The position numbers were made by a program, and so were the translations under genes. Source: an uncultured virus (IMG/VR IMGVR_UViG_3300021138_000005) (Duplodnaviria; Heunggongvirae; Uroviricota; Caudoviricetes). Taken from it: a stretch of 56,879 nucleotides of DNA. Position 1 is the stretch's first letter, and every line of letters begins with the position of its first letter. The stretch is from the IMG/VR virus record IMGVR_UViG_3300021138_000005, one strand, 5' to 3'. The notes beneath the pieces were generated by a model that was given only the letters and a program-made list of their open reading frames with translations, did not search any database and was not told where the DNA came from. Below are positions 29,818-39,362 of the stretch, in pieces.

Positions 29818-31523
29818 ATGCACATGAATTTGAAACTTATGGCGATCCTATATTAGAAGCATATCTGAGCCGCTGGGATAATGATGTTGCTAAGCCCTTG
29901 CAAGAGTGGCAGCGCATGCTGTCTGAAGCTAAGTTAAGTCCTGAACAGATCAATACTTTGTTTGGTGATGTTGCTACTCGTACTAAAGACATGAAGACCA
30001 CAACTGGTAAAGTTGCAGGTGTTGCTGCCAAAGGTGCTAAACTAGCTGCTAAAGCATTACCGTCTAATGTTACAGCTAAGATTCACGATCTCATCAAGGA
30101 TACCAAACCTGTAAAGGATTTTGATGCTGCATTTGAACGTGCTAAAGCCAATCTGGTTAACAAGCTAGGCGGCGATGATAGCAAAATAGTGCAATACACT
30201 ACATCGCTTGCTCGTTTAGCTAAAGCGCATCCAATAATGGGAGCAGCTGTGATTGGTGTGCTGACTACAGCTGCGGCAGTTGCTACAGGAGGTGTTGGTG
30301 CAGGCATAGTAGGCGCACTTCTCAAGACTGGCAACGAATTACTCAAGGGTGAAAGCCTCAGCAAGAGCCTAGCTAGTGGTGCTGGTGCTGGTACAGTAGG
30401 TGCCTTAGCCGGATGGGGTGTCAAGGAAATAGCACAATGGATGCCGGGTATGAGCTTTGACATGTCTAAAGTTCCTGGGTACGCTGATCTAGTGCATGTA
30501 AAACATCTGCATCAGACCAACGGTATCACTACTTTCAGCCTTGATACAGATATGACATCTGATGCTGCTCGTAAAGTTAACAAGCTATTAGATATCGCAC
30601 GTAACTCGGATTATGATAAACAATATAAGATATACCGCGACATTGAACAGGTATTCAGCGATCCAGAGTATCTTGACACAATAAAGAAGGTTACAGGTAA
30701 CAACACAGATCTATATAACAAGGCAGTAGCTACTGCTAAAAAAGCAGCTGATTTCTGGGGAGGCGTAGCCGATGCAGCACAAGGTGGTGCTACTGCGGCA
30801 GCTAAACCAAATGAAAAAATATCTACAGCTGAAAGCATAAATCTCAGCGAAGCAGATATCAAAGGTATTGCCGGTAGCATCGCTAACTGGGCCAAGACGC
30901 AAGCTAGCCAAGTAACACAACAAATAACACCAGAAAAACTGGGTAAAGCATGGCGCGATGCTGGCTCTCCCGATGACAGCAATGCATTGCATGGTATATT
31001 GCTTAAGGCAGGAGTACCTGCTGATGTGTTAGCTGCAGCATATGGTGCACAGAAGATACCAGTGCCTCGTGGTCAAAGCATGACCAAGGATGCTATACGT
31101 AAGCGCGATGCTAGGGCTAAGGCAAAGGCTGCAGCAGATAATCTGCCAGTAAACACCGGAGATCCTGCAGAGGATGCCAAGGTAAAACAGATATACGCAC
31201 AGCAAGGTAAGGCTGCTGCCATCACATATCTACAAACTTTATTGACTAACGCGCAGGAGGCTGAGAAAGCTAATGCTGCTAATGCGCCTGCTGCCGTACA
31301 AGGCATGAAATTACAAGCAAGTAACGGTAAGACCTACGAATTAAGCATTGGCAAAGCCGGTGATCGCATATGGTTAGATAGTGACACTCGCAGTGAAGCA
31401 CCTGAAAACATAGACGCCGAACTCAGCCAAAAGATTGAATCACCTCAGGCACCTAAACCAGTAGCAATAAAAAGCCACGTTGACCCATCATACACGCAGG
31501 CTGCTGCTAAACCAGTAAGATAA
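29814..31523 (+). CDS. Ala-rich protein with hydrophobic Gly/Ala segments (candidate ejection protein)
   Basis: PIMGAAVIGVLTTAAAVATGGVGAGIVGALL and GAGAGTVGALAGWG segments. Confidence 0.6.
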   Translation: MNAHEFETYGDPILEAYLSRWDNDVAKPLQEWQRMLSEAKLSPEQINTLFGDVATRTKDMKTTTGKVAGVAAKGAKLAAKALPSNVTAKIHDLIKDTKPVKDFDAAFERAKANLVNKLGGDDSKIVQYTTSLARLAKAHPIMGAAVIGVLTTAAAVATGGVGAGIVGALLKTGNELLKGESLSKSLASGAGAGTVGALAGWGVKEIAQWMPGMSFDMSKVPGYADLVHVKHLHQTNGITTFSLDTDMTSDAARKVNKLLDIARNSDYDKQYKIYRDIEQVFSDPEYLDTIKKVTGNNTDLYNKAVATAKKAADFWGGVADAAQGGATAAAKPNEKISTAESINLSEADIKGIAGSIANWAKTQASQVTQQITPEKLGKAWRDAGSPDDSNALHGILLKAGVPADVLAAAYGAQKIPVPRGQSMTKDAIRKRDARAKAKAAADNLPVNTGDPAEDAKVKQIYAQQGKAAAITYLQTLLTNAQEAEKANAANAPAAVQGMKLQASNGKTYELSIGKAGDRIWLDSDTRSEAPENIDAELSQKIESPQAPKPVAIKSHVDPSYTQAAAKPVR

Positions 31524-31538
31524 TAGGAAGAAAAGATC

Positions 31539-32684
31539 TTGAGGCACAGCGACATTGTAATACCTCAGCGTTGGTTCATAACAGAAGCCAAGGCTCGAAT
31601 AGATCATCCAGAAGACCTGGTGTTTGAAGAAGGTTCTGCTGGCGCCAATCGTGCTCTCAATGCCATCGTTCATGCTGCTGAACAGCCGCACACTGTGACC
31701 ATCAAGTGGGATGGCAGCCCAGCCATAATCTTTGGTAGAGATGCAGATGGCTTTACTCTCACTGATAATAGTGGATTCCGCAGCAAGAAGCCAGGTGGTA
31801 TGCCTCGCAGTGCTGGTGATCTCAATACCATGCTGTTTATGCGCAAGCCCGACGATCCTGGCAGGCAAGATTATGCCAAGAGCATAGCAGGATTGTATGG
31901 TAAACTAGAACGTGCCATGCCGGATGACAAACAAGAATATCTGCAAGGTGACGTGCTTTGGACTGAAATACCGCCAGTGGTTGACGGTTATTATGTGTTT
32001 AAACCTAATAAGATAACCTATCGCATACCGGTTGATAGCCCTCTTGGCAAGCGCATCGCTACTAGCAAGGCCGGTATAGTGGTACACAGCAGATTTGATA
32101 GCAAAGAGGACGACGAGCCGCATGCGATAGGTGATATTGCCAGCACAGGGTTGAAAGAAGTCCCTGGTTTGGTGATCATGAGTCCTGAGATACATGATCT
32201 CGAAAGTGTACCATTACCAACTGCTGCTATCAAGACTGTGCGCAGTTTCATCAACAGCAACAGCGCTAGCATAGACAGTTTTCTCGATCAGGCTAGTTTA
32301 GCAGCAAGACAGCTCACCAATCTGCCAGATCTGATGAAGAAATACGTTAACAGCCGAGCTTATGCCGGTACGCATGGTCTAGAAGATGCAGCTAACGGCT
32401 TCATATCTTGGGCTCAGAGCAATACCAAAGATCTAACCGATCGCAAGCGCGAGAATCTATTAAACTGGATCAACGATAATCCCAAGGGTTATGGTGCAAC
32501 TTGGATGGTAGCAGACAAGCTAACAAACCTCAAAGACATGCTGCGACGCAGCGTTGACACACAGGTTGGCACCACAGTCAAGGCCGATCTGCGAGATGTT
32601 CCAGGACATGAGGGCTATGTTGCTGATACCCCCAGCGGCAAGATCAAGCTTGTAAACAGACCTCACTTCATGAAGAAGGATTGA
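31539..32684 (+). CDS. DUF6267-like protein with covalent nucleotidyltransferase (ligase-like) motifs
   Basis: HPEDL, TIKWDG (motif I), LQGD (III), EGYV (IV), KLV (V). Confidence 0.65.
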   Translation: MRHSDIVIPQRWFITEAKARIDHPEDLVFEEGSAGANRALNAIVHAAEQPHTVTIKWDGSPAIIFGRDADGFTLTDNSGFRSKKPGGMPRSAGDLNTMLFMRKPDDPGRQDYAKSIAGLYGKLERAMPDDKQEYLQGDVLWTEIPPVVDGYYVFKPNKITYRIPVDSPLGKRIATSKAGIVVHSRFDSKEDDEPHAIGDIASTGLKEVPGLVIMSPEIHDLESVPLPTAAIKTVRSFINSNSASIDSFLDQASLAARQLTNLPDLMKKYVNSRAYAGTHGLEDAANGFISWAQSNTKDLTDRKRENLLNWINDNPKGYGATWMVADKLTNLKDMLRRSVDTQVGTTVKADLRDVPGHEGYVADTPSGKIKLVNRPHFMKKD

Positions 32685-32688
32685 ACCT

Positions 32689-32886
32689 ATGCGAATCAGA
32701 GATCTAATCAAGAAAAACGGAGAATTCCCAGATATAACAGAAAGCGCTAGCGGTGGTGCTACATCTGCAGGTAGCGTGGCTAGCATAGCCAATCCCATGG
32801 GAAACGTCAATCGCCGCCCAAGTCTCTTTGGTTACATTCCCTATGAAAAACCAAAGAAGACCAAGAAAACCCGTAAACGCAAGTAA
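32689..32886 (+). CDS. small hypothetical protein
   Basis: MRIRDLI...ITES then SGGATSAGSVA and a basic tail. Confidence 0.6.
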   Translation: MRIRDLIKKNGEFPDITESASGGATSAGSVASIANPMGNVNRRPSLFGYIPYEKPKKTKKTRKRK

Positions 32887-32950
32887 TCTAACAGGCGGTA
32901 TAAATAATCTCAGCAAAACAATTTTGCATTAACTCTTAAGGAGAGAGAAA

Positions 32951-33748
32951 ATGACCGATCAAGTAAATGGCAATTACCAGGCTGGTTCGTTCCTCAGTGG
33001 ACAGCCAACATGGTGGGCATTCGCTACCGTGGTACCAATGAGCCAGACCAATGTTGACACTCCAGTTGTTGACCTTCCTGGTTACCAGACATACGCTACC
33101 CTTGGCACATGGACTAATGTCACTGTAACCAACGGTGCAGGTGTACCAACAACCTACAGCAGCCTAAACACCTACCTCAATGCATTCTATCAGCAGCAGA
33201 ACATGAACATTCTCGTGAATGCTTTCGCTGCTCGTGGCAACCCAGTGCAGGTTGGCGCTACCTACTTTGCAACCAAGACCATTAACGGCAATCCAGTTAA
33301 TGGTAATGCTACATATTGGGCAGATGCTGGTTATACCAACAACATCAGCACTCCAACCAGCATATTTGGTACTTCTACATACAACTCAACCGTCAATTTC
33401 ACCATTGTTACGATCAGCACTGAAAAGAACAATGAGTGGGAGCTCAATGGTTATTACAACTATGGTACTGGTGCAGTTGCCACAACTCCTGATAACACCA
33501 ATGTCAATGGTTACAATATCCTCAGCAGCAACACGCTGTATGGCGGTCTTGACGGCTTGCTCTGCTATGATAACCAGAGTGGTCAGGTTGTCAGCGGTTC
33601 AAGCAACAGCAGCCCAGCTGCAGTAAACAGCACGTTTGCAACAACCAACACTGTTGCACCATACGTGACTGCATTCAACACCAGCAGCACCAGCCTCTGC
33701 AACATCATGGCTTCTCTGGACATGATGCTCCCAGGCAGCTTGATCTAA
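32951..33748 (+). CDS. Thr/Asn-rich probable virion structural protein
   Basis: TATAAATA at 32899, strong TAAGGAG RBS, own terminator. Confidence 0.65.
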   Translation: MTDQVNGNYQAGSFLSGQPTWWAFATVVPMSQTNVDTPVVDLPGYQTYATLGTWTNVTVTNGAGVPTTYSSLNTYLNAFYQQQNMNILVNAFAARGNPVQVGATYFATKTINGNPVNGNATYWADAGYTNNISTPTSIFGTSTYNSTVNFTIVTISTEKNNEWELNGYYNYGTGAVATTPDNTNVNGYNILSSNTLYGGLDGLLCYDNQSGQVVSGSSNSSPAAVNSTFATTNTVAPYVTAFNTSSTSLCNIMASLDMMLPGSLI

Positions 33749-33776
33749 TAAATCAACCCCACAGGGTACTAACACA

Positions 33777-33802
33777 GAAAGGGCACCTCCGGGTGCCCTT
33801 TC
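33777..33802 (+). terminator. rho-independent terminator
   Basis: gaaagggcacc-tccg-ggtgccctttc. Confidence 0.7.
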
Positions 33803-33843
33803 GCATGAATAAGCACTAAATATCACACTGGGGAGAGCAAGCA

Positions 33844-34017
33844 ATGCTGCTGGATGAAGTATTTGAGGGTGTCAAGCGCATCAAGCGAGCCTGGGTCCGC
33901 AAGGATGGCCAGCTTGCCAAGGTTGATCGTGAGGTTGGCCCACAGCGCGACCTGCCAAAGCTTCCCAAGCCAATGTTCCCCATAAAGAAACCAAGGTACG
34001 CAGACCCCAATGCTTGA
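33844..34017 (+). CDS. 57-aa hypothetical protein not in the ORF track (MLLDEVFEGVKRIKRAWVRKDG...)
   Basis: ATG 33844 to TGA 34017 in frame; GGGAG RBS; TAAATA at 33817. Confidence 0.6.
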   Translation: MLLDEVFEGVKRIKRAWVRKDGQLAKVDREVGPQRDLPKLPKPMFPIKKPRYADPNA

Positions 34018-34720
34018 ATTCATACGTACCATAACCTCGGAGGATGATGACATGAGACGTCTCAAGAAATTCGCACAGGTAGATCTCAACGGCGCAGAAG
34101 GACTCTATGAGACCACTGCTGACCGTTTCAGCCGCCAAGCGAAACATCATCTCAGCCAAGGAGAGATCGCAAGTGCGGTCTTGATACCTCAATATGAGGT
34201 AGGTGAACAGGTCATATACGAAGGTAGATCAACTGAAGTGCGCATCGCACAAGGTCCGCGCAATACTGTGGGCATAATTGACAAAGGAAATCTCAAGATG
34301 GTACATGAGACCAAGATAAGCAAGCGCATCCAAGAAGGTGTGTTAGGCGGTGTCCAGGCCATGCCAGCATTAAACCGTATGATGCAGCTAGCTGGTTTGG
34401 AAAACAGCGGTGCAGTTATTGCGGAAGAAACGCTGGTAGAAGACATGGGCAATGACATGTTGGGTAAGCTTGTAACACAAGCTGAAAACATGCCGCAGTA
34501 CAAGGGAAATGCCGAAGCAGCACGCTTCTATGTGATAGGTAGCTTGCTAAGCGCAATAAGCGGTAGCGTCAAAGCCAATCCTCCGCAGACTGCTGCGGGA
34601 CAGCAGAAGCAACAAGAACTAAATGCCTTAGCAGTAATGGGAGCCGATCTCATCAAGAGCGCACAGGACATGACCAAAGCCAAGGCAGCTCCAGCAGCAG
34701 GGACAGCAGCAACAGAATGA
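34010..34720 (+). CDS. hypothetical probable head protein (true start may be ATG ~34052)
   Basis: GGAGG RBS before MRRLKK; LNRMMQLAGL motif. Confidence 0.65.
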   Translation: MLEFIRTITSEDDDMRRLKKFAQVDLNGAEGLYETTADRFSRQAKHHLSQGEIASAVLIPQYEVGEQVIYEGRSTEVRIAQGPRNTVGIIDKGNLKMVHETKISKRIQEGVLGGVQAMPALNRMMQLAGLENSGAVIAEETLVEDMGNDMLGKLVTQAENMPQYKGNAEAARFYVIGSLLSAISGSVKANPPQTAAGQQKQQELNALAVMGADLIKSAQDMTKAKAAPAAGTAATE

Positions 34721-34947
34721 AGTTCCTTGAGATCACAGGCGGATTGATGGTGCCAGTCAGCAATGACGAGATGCTGGTCAGCGAACGTGTGCGCGGACAT
34801 GGCGCTCCGCTGCCTCGCAGGGAACTGAACGAGCGCGAGCAAGAGCTTGCTCGCCAATTGGTGTTCAGAGGTGTGCTAGACCGTGCGTTTATTGACGGTC
34901 GCACCTATTATACATACAATGATATTGAGTACGTGGAGAGAGACTGA
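34717..34947 (+). CDS. small hypothetical protein
   Basis: Overlapping start/stop with both neighbours; MKFLEI start. Confidence 0.65.
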   Translation: MKFLEITGGLMVPVSNDEMLVSERVRGHGAPLPRRELNEREQELARQLVFRGVLDRAFIDGRTYYTYNDIEYVERD

Positions 34948-35612
34948 TGACTGTTGTCACTGATGCAGAACGCGAGGCAATGGCCCGCATGATGGCCATA
35001 ATGAATGGCGAAGCACCACCGGCTCCTCGTGCCAATGGTAATCAGATGGTCACAGAGAGCCTCAGCACCGAAGGCGGCCCAGGCAGCCCTAGCCAAGCAG
35101 AAGTACATGCTATGGCTCGAGTGCTGGAGAATCTCAACAAGGTTGCCAACGAAGTGATCATGGAAAGCAACCAGGATACCAAGCTGGCAGTCCACACGCG
35201 CAGAGACACCAATAGTGTTAGCGTTGGCGAGTACAAGATAGAGATACATCTAAACGAGCAACGTGCCGCAGGCAAGCAATACTATAGCATTGAGCACAGT
35301 GGTACTGGTATCGTGATTGCCAATGACATCACTCTGTATGAAGTAGCATTGGCTGCCGTTAAGATGCTGAACAATCACAAGTATGTGAACAATCCAACTG
35401 TGCGCAGATTGTTTGAGCTTGACGATCATTACACCAGCTGCAAGATTGATGCCATGAGCAGCAAGCAGGCACAGAAGCGTGCCGAACAGCGCGGTGACAT
35501 GATCAAGGAAGATATCTACGCAACCAAGTTCCAGAAAGCCCTTGATACTGCTGGAAGCATCAAGCGCGACATAAAGGCGATCCTCGAAGATGCCGGTAAA
35601 GCTAACCGATAA
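34947..35612 (+). CDS. hypothetical protein
   Basis: 221-aa ORF in the late operon. Confidence 0.7.
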   Translation: MTVVTDAEREAMARMMAIMNGEAPPAPRANGNQMVTESLSTEGGPGSPSQAEVHAMARVLENLNKVANEVIMESNQDTKLAVHTRRDTNSVSVGEYKIEIHLNEQRAAGKQYYSIEHSGTGIVIANDITLYEVALAAVKMLNNHKYVNNPTVRRLFELDDHYTSCKIDAMSSKQAQKRAEQRGDMIKEDIYATKFQKALDTAGSIKRDIKAILEDAGKANR

Positions 35613-35907
35613 AGCCATAGAACGTTTTGGTCAGCTGCGTGCTACCAGTGCAGGCGATCCGCGAATAGAAATACGTGCTGGTGGTTGTAATGGTTTTGAG
35701 AAGCGATTCAGTTGGACCGTGGACCGTTATGATGATGATATGATATTAGAAACAGCATCAGGTCCGGTGGTCATTGACAGCATCAGCTATGACATGTTAG
35801 ACAATGCTGTGGTAGATTATAAAACTGATCTAGCCGGAGCGTATTTTGTCATAGACATACCAGAAGCGGCTAGCACCTGTGGTTGCGGCACCAGTTTCAG
35901 CCTTTAA
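35590..35907 (+). CDS. iscA: A-type Fe-S cluster carrier (IscA/SufA/HesB family)
   Basis: GGCNGF and C-terminal TCGCGTSF. Confidence 0.9.
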   Translation: MPVKLTDKAIERFGQLRATSAGDPRIEIRAGGCNGFEKRFSWTVDRYDDDMILETASGPVVIDSISYDMLDNAVVDYKTDLAGAYFVIDIPEAASTCGCGTSFSL

Positions 35908-35989
35908 TAACTCAGTATTCCATCCCTGCTATCGCTAAATAAATACCAGCAATCCAAGCAATAAGGCCGGCTGGCCAGGAGAGGTTTCC

Positions 35990-38900
35990 ATGTTCGTTGA
36001 TGATGTAAAGACAAGTGCAGAGCACAGGCTCGCCCAGATAGCTCACACGCTTAAGCATGTGTATGACACAGAACTAACACTAGATGAGTCAACCATCGAC
36101 GAGCTAGCAGCATTGCATGACAGCAGTGAGATAGTCAAGAACAGCATAGTCAGCGAGAGTGCGTTCAACAGCTGGCACAGCAATCCCACATACACCAAGC
36201 ACATGTTGATAATGGAAGCAGTGCGTTTATACCTCACTGAGATAGCACCAAGGCGCCGCCCTAAGAATTTGCGTGAGAGCAATGAATCCAGTCTCAACGA
36301 AAGCCATGCAACAAAGGTCGGTCGTTGGATGATGAACTTTGCTGAGAAGGCCAATACCAACGACGACAAATTGCTGGCCATGCTGAACAGCTTTGGGCGT
36401 GTTGGTGAGGACCTAGTGCGAGTTGGACAGCCGTTTGCTCCTAAGACACTCAAGGATCTCATAGCTTACTACGAAGCTCGCGTTGGTGATACCAACGACG
36501 ACGAAGATGATCGCAGGCAGGCCAAGGAGAACCTCATGGCACTGCGCATGGGTCACAAGATGTACGACAAGCATCATGCTAAAAAGACCGAAGAAAGCGC
36601 GCCAGTTGAAGAAGAAACTGTAGCACATATGGCAGATGCAGGTGCAGCATCGCACGATATGGATCCAGAGCTAGCAGCATTGATGAAGAAGTATGGCGTT
36701 GCAGGTGGAGAAACATTAGATGAAATGCCATCTCCGAGGGCTATGGCTAGAGCAGCACGCAGCTGGGCAGATTCTAAGATGAACAGAGACCGTAAGCTTC
36801 ACCGGATAGACAGGACGCCGGGTGATGGAAATAGCAAAGAAGAACTTAGGGCTACAGCCTCTGATGCCATACAAGATTTCTTACAACGCGGTGGTAAAAT
36901 CAAGAAGGTTGCTAGTGAAGAAATCACAGACGAAGGCAACGAATTCACTGGCGCACTGGCAGCAGCCAAAGCAGCACACAAGGATGAGTTTGAAGTTGAC
37001 GGAAAAACATACAAGGTGAACGAACAGATGACTAGCAGGATAGCACGAGCACTCAACGAAGAACACATGCAGCATCATGATTATCAAGCTAGCATGGCAC
37101 GCAGCGAGCTCTATCGCAATGCCAAGTATGGCATGGACATGCTCAAGATGATCCGCAAAGAAGACGAGATCGAGCCTTGGATAGCTGCTAGCTTGACCAT
37201 GGCAGCTGCTAATTTGGACAAGATCTATCACTACATGGACTATTATATGCATGCCGAACCTGGTGTGCTAGGTGAAGATGCACCAATGGCTGATTACAGC
37301 ATGGATGACGAAGACATTGGCGGTGATGACGAACTAGGTGAGACCAGCGGTAGCATAGCACGCATGAACCTGCTTAGCATCGTTGAAGATAGCATCAAGC
37401 TGTTCCAAATGATACAACCAGGTGATCACCTCGAAGGCTGGATAGCTATGAAGCTGACCAAGGCCAGCGGTGGTATCAGCAGTGCTAAACATTTCCTAGA
37501 TTACAAGGCATTTGAACGTCATGCTGGGGAAGATGTTGGTCTAGAAGAAAGCCGCTATGGATTGGTAGCGCGCCTATTGCGCGAAGCTGCTGAGACGCCA
37601 GAACAGGATCTACAGCAGGCACAGACCTTGATAGCTGCTAAGAGCATCAGCGATGACCTACAGAGCATGGCAGAGAAGGTGGCACGCATGGGTGTTGATG
37701 ACCTCATGCCATTAGTTGATACCATGAAGACACAGTTCGGTCCAGAAGCTGCTGACGCTTACAACGATGTCATGAAGAGCCAGCTCGAGTCGCTACTATC
37801 AGCTACTCAAGAAGCCAAGGATCAGAGCGACGACGCAGTGCTAGCATTGCAAGGCGGCGGAATACCTGGACAGGGTGCTAGCGATATCGAAAACGTTGGC
37901 ATGGAACCAGGTGCAGCTGCACCAGAAGTTCCTGATATGGGTGATGGTACGGGTACCATGCCAGCAGCAGCTGGTGGCGAAGAGCCTCTTGGTCGCGCTA
38001 AGAAAGAAGTACCAGGTGAAGAAGAGATCCCAGGTCTAGCAGAAAGCCGCAAGAAGGTAGCTGAGAAGTGGGGCACTGAAATGCACACTGCTGAAAAGGA
38101 CAAGGGCAAGTGGGATGGTTATACCGTAGCAGAACTCAAGGCCAAGAAGAAGAAGCTCATGGACAAGGAAGAGCGTTCAGCTGCCGAACAGAAGACTGTG
38201 AAGCAGATTGATTTTGCTATCCGTGCAAAGCAAAAGGACAAGTGGGGCGACATCAAGAAAGAAAGCGTCGACGAAGCTAAGGCAAAAGGCAAGAAGCCTG
38301 ACTTTCTTGATATCGACAAGGACGGCGATAAGAAAGAACCAATGACCAAGGCTATCAAAGACAAAGCCAAGGACAAGAAAGTCGACGAAGCTGCTAAGAA
38401 GAGCAAGAGCCCGTATGCCATAGGCATGTGGCAGGCCAAGAAGTCAGCTGGTATGGATCCAGACAAGCCTGCTAAAGATCTTCCTAAGAAGGTCATCAAG
38501 AAGGCACATGAGATTGGTAAGGAAATCGAAAAAACCGATGAAGCTATTGCACGCGCTGGTAAGCTTGTAGAAACGGCACTGCGCGGCAAGCGCAAGTATG
38601 AAGCTGATTTAGCAGAACATCGTGCAGAATTTGCCAAACGCCTAGCAGAAGGCAAGGTTAAAGATCTTCTAAAGAGCGGGCAAGGCATTGAAGGTGATCT
38701 TCTCGAAAAGAAGATCGCATCATGCGTTGCTATGGCTGCTGATCTTAATCAGCAGATTCGCATACTTGAAAGCGATAGCAAAGCTAAGTTGTTTGCGGCT
38801 ATCAAGGACGAACGCAAGGCAGTACGTTTTGCAGAAGCTCGTGCTACCAAGCCATACGGTGTCATGTACGAAGGTCAAAACGGTAAGCGCATGACCAAAT

Positions 38901-39004
38901 TCTTCGAAGATCAAAAGGCTCGTGATTATTGGGCACAGCTCAATAGCGATGTAAAGCCTGCATTGATCAATCCAGAGCACTTTGACCGCGCAGCAGCCAA
39001 GTGA
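35990..39004 (+). CDS. large acidic/Lys-rich probable prohead core or scaffold protein
   Basis: 1004 aa, many E-terminated segments, duplicated helical domain, DIDKDGD motif, late promoter upstream. Confidence 0.6.
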   Translation: MFVDDVKTSAEHRLAQIAHTLKHVYDTELTLDESTIDELAALHDSSEIVKNSIVSESAFNSWHSNPTYTKHMLIMEAVRLYLTEIAPRRRPKNLRESNESSLNESHATKVGRWMMNFAEKANTNDDKLLAMLNSFGRVGEDLVRVGQPFAPKTLKDLIAYYEARVGDTNDDEDDRRQAKENLMALRMGHKMYDKHHAKKTEESAPVEEETVAHMADAGAASHDMDPELAALMKKYGVAGGETLDEMPSPRAMARAARSWADSKMNRDRKLHRIDRTPGDGNSKEELRATASDAIQDFLQRGGKIKKVASEEITDEGNEFTGALAAAKAAHKDEFEVDGKTYKVNEQMTSRIARALNEEHMQHHDYQASMARSELYRNAKYGMDMLKMIRKEDEIEPWIAASLTMAAANLDKIYHYMDYYMHAEPGVLGEDAPMADYSMDDEDIGGDDELGETSGSIARMNLLSIVEDSIKLFQMIQPGDHLEGWIAMKLTKASGGISSAKHFLDYKAFERHAGEDVGLEESRYGLVARLLREAAETPEQDLQQAQTLIAAKSISDDLQSMAEKVARMGVDDLMPLVDTMKTQFGPEAADAYNDVMKSQLESLLSATQEAKDQSDDAVLALQGGGIPGQGASDIENVGMEPGAAAPEVPDMGDGTGTMPAAAGGEEPLGRAKKEVPGEEEIPGLAESRKKVAEKWGTEMHTAEKDKGKWDGYTVAELKAKKKKLMDKEERSAAEQKTVKQIDFAIRAKQKDKWGDIKKESVDEAKAKGKKPDFLDIDKDGDKKEPMTKAIKDKAKDKKVDEAAKKSKSPYAIGMWQAKKSAGMDPDKPAKDLPKKVIKKAHEIGKEIEKTDEAIARAGKLVETALRGKRKYEADLAEHRAEFAKRLAEGKVKDLLKSGQGIEGDLLEKKIASCVAMAADLNQQIRILESDSKAKLFAAIKDERKAVRFAEARATKPYGVMYEGQNGKRMTKFFEDQKARDYWAQLNSDVKPALINPEHFDRAAAK

Positions 39005-39017
39005 TTGGTGAACACTG

Positions 39018-39362
39018 ATGAGATACAGCGAGATATCTAGCCTGCCTAGCAGCCCAGAAGAAGCAGAGAACGCTATGCTGGATCTCATCAGCGTTTATCG
39101 CAGCAAGGATGAGGCCAGCATTCCCATGCCAGAGATCCTAAGCGTCCTGCATAATCAAGGTTTTGATGCCAATGCTCGTTGGGTAATGGACAAACTCCAG
39201 GATAAGAGCGGAGTGAAACGAATAACACCTCAAGAAGTAATATTACAACAAGATGATTTACCTGACAGCGAAGCATCGGATGACGAAGCTAAACAAAGCG
39301 AAGACAAGGTTGCACAGATGGCAGCCAAGGCAGCTAAGAAGGGTGTGAGCAATGCCAACTAA
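39018..39362 (+). CDS. hypothetical protein
   Basis: MRYSEI start; operon context. Confidence 0.65.
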   Translation: MRYSEISSLPSSPEEAENAMLDLISVYRSKDEASIPMPEILSVLHNQGFDANARWVMDKLQDKSGVKRITPQEVILQQDDLPDSEASDDEAKQSEDKVAQMAAKAAKKGVSNAN

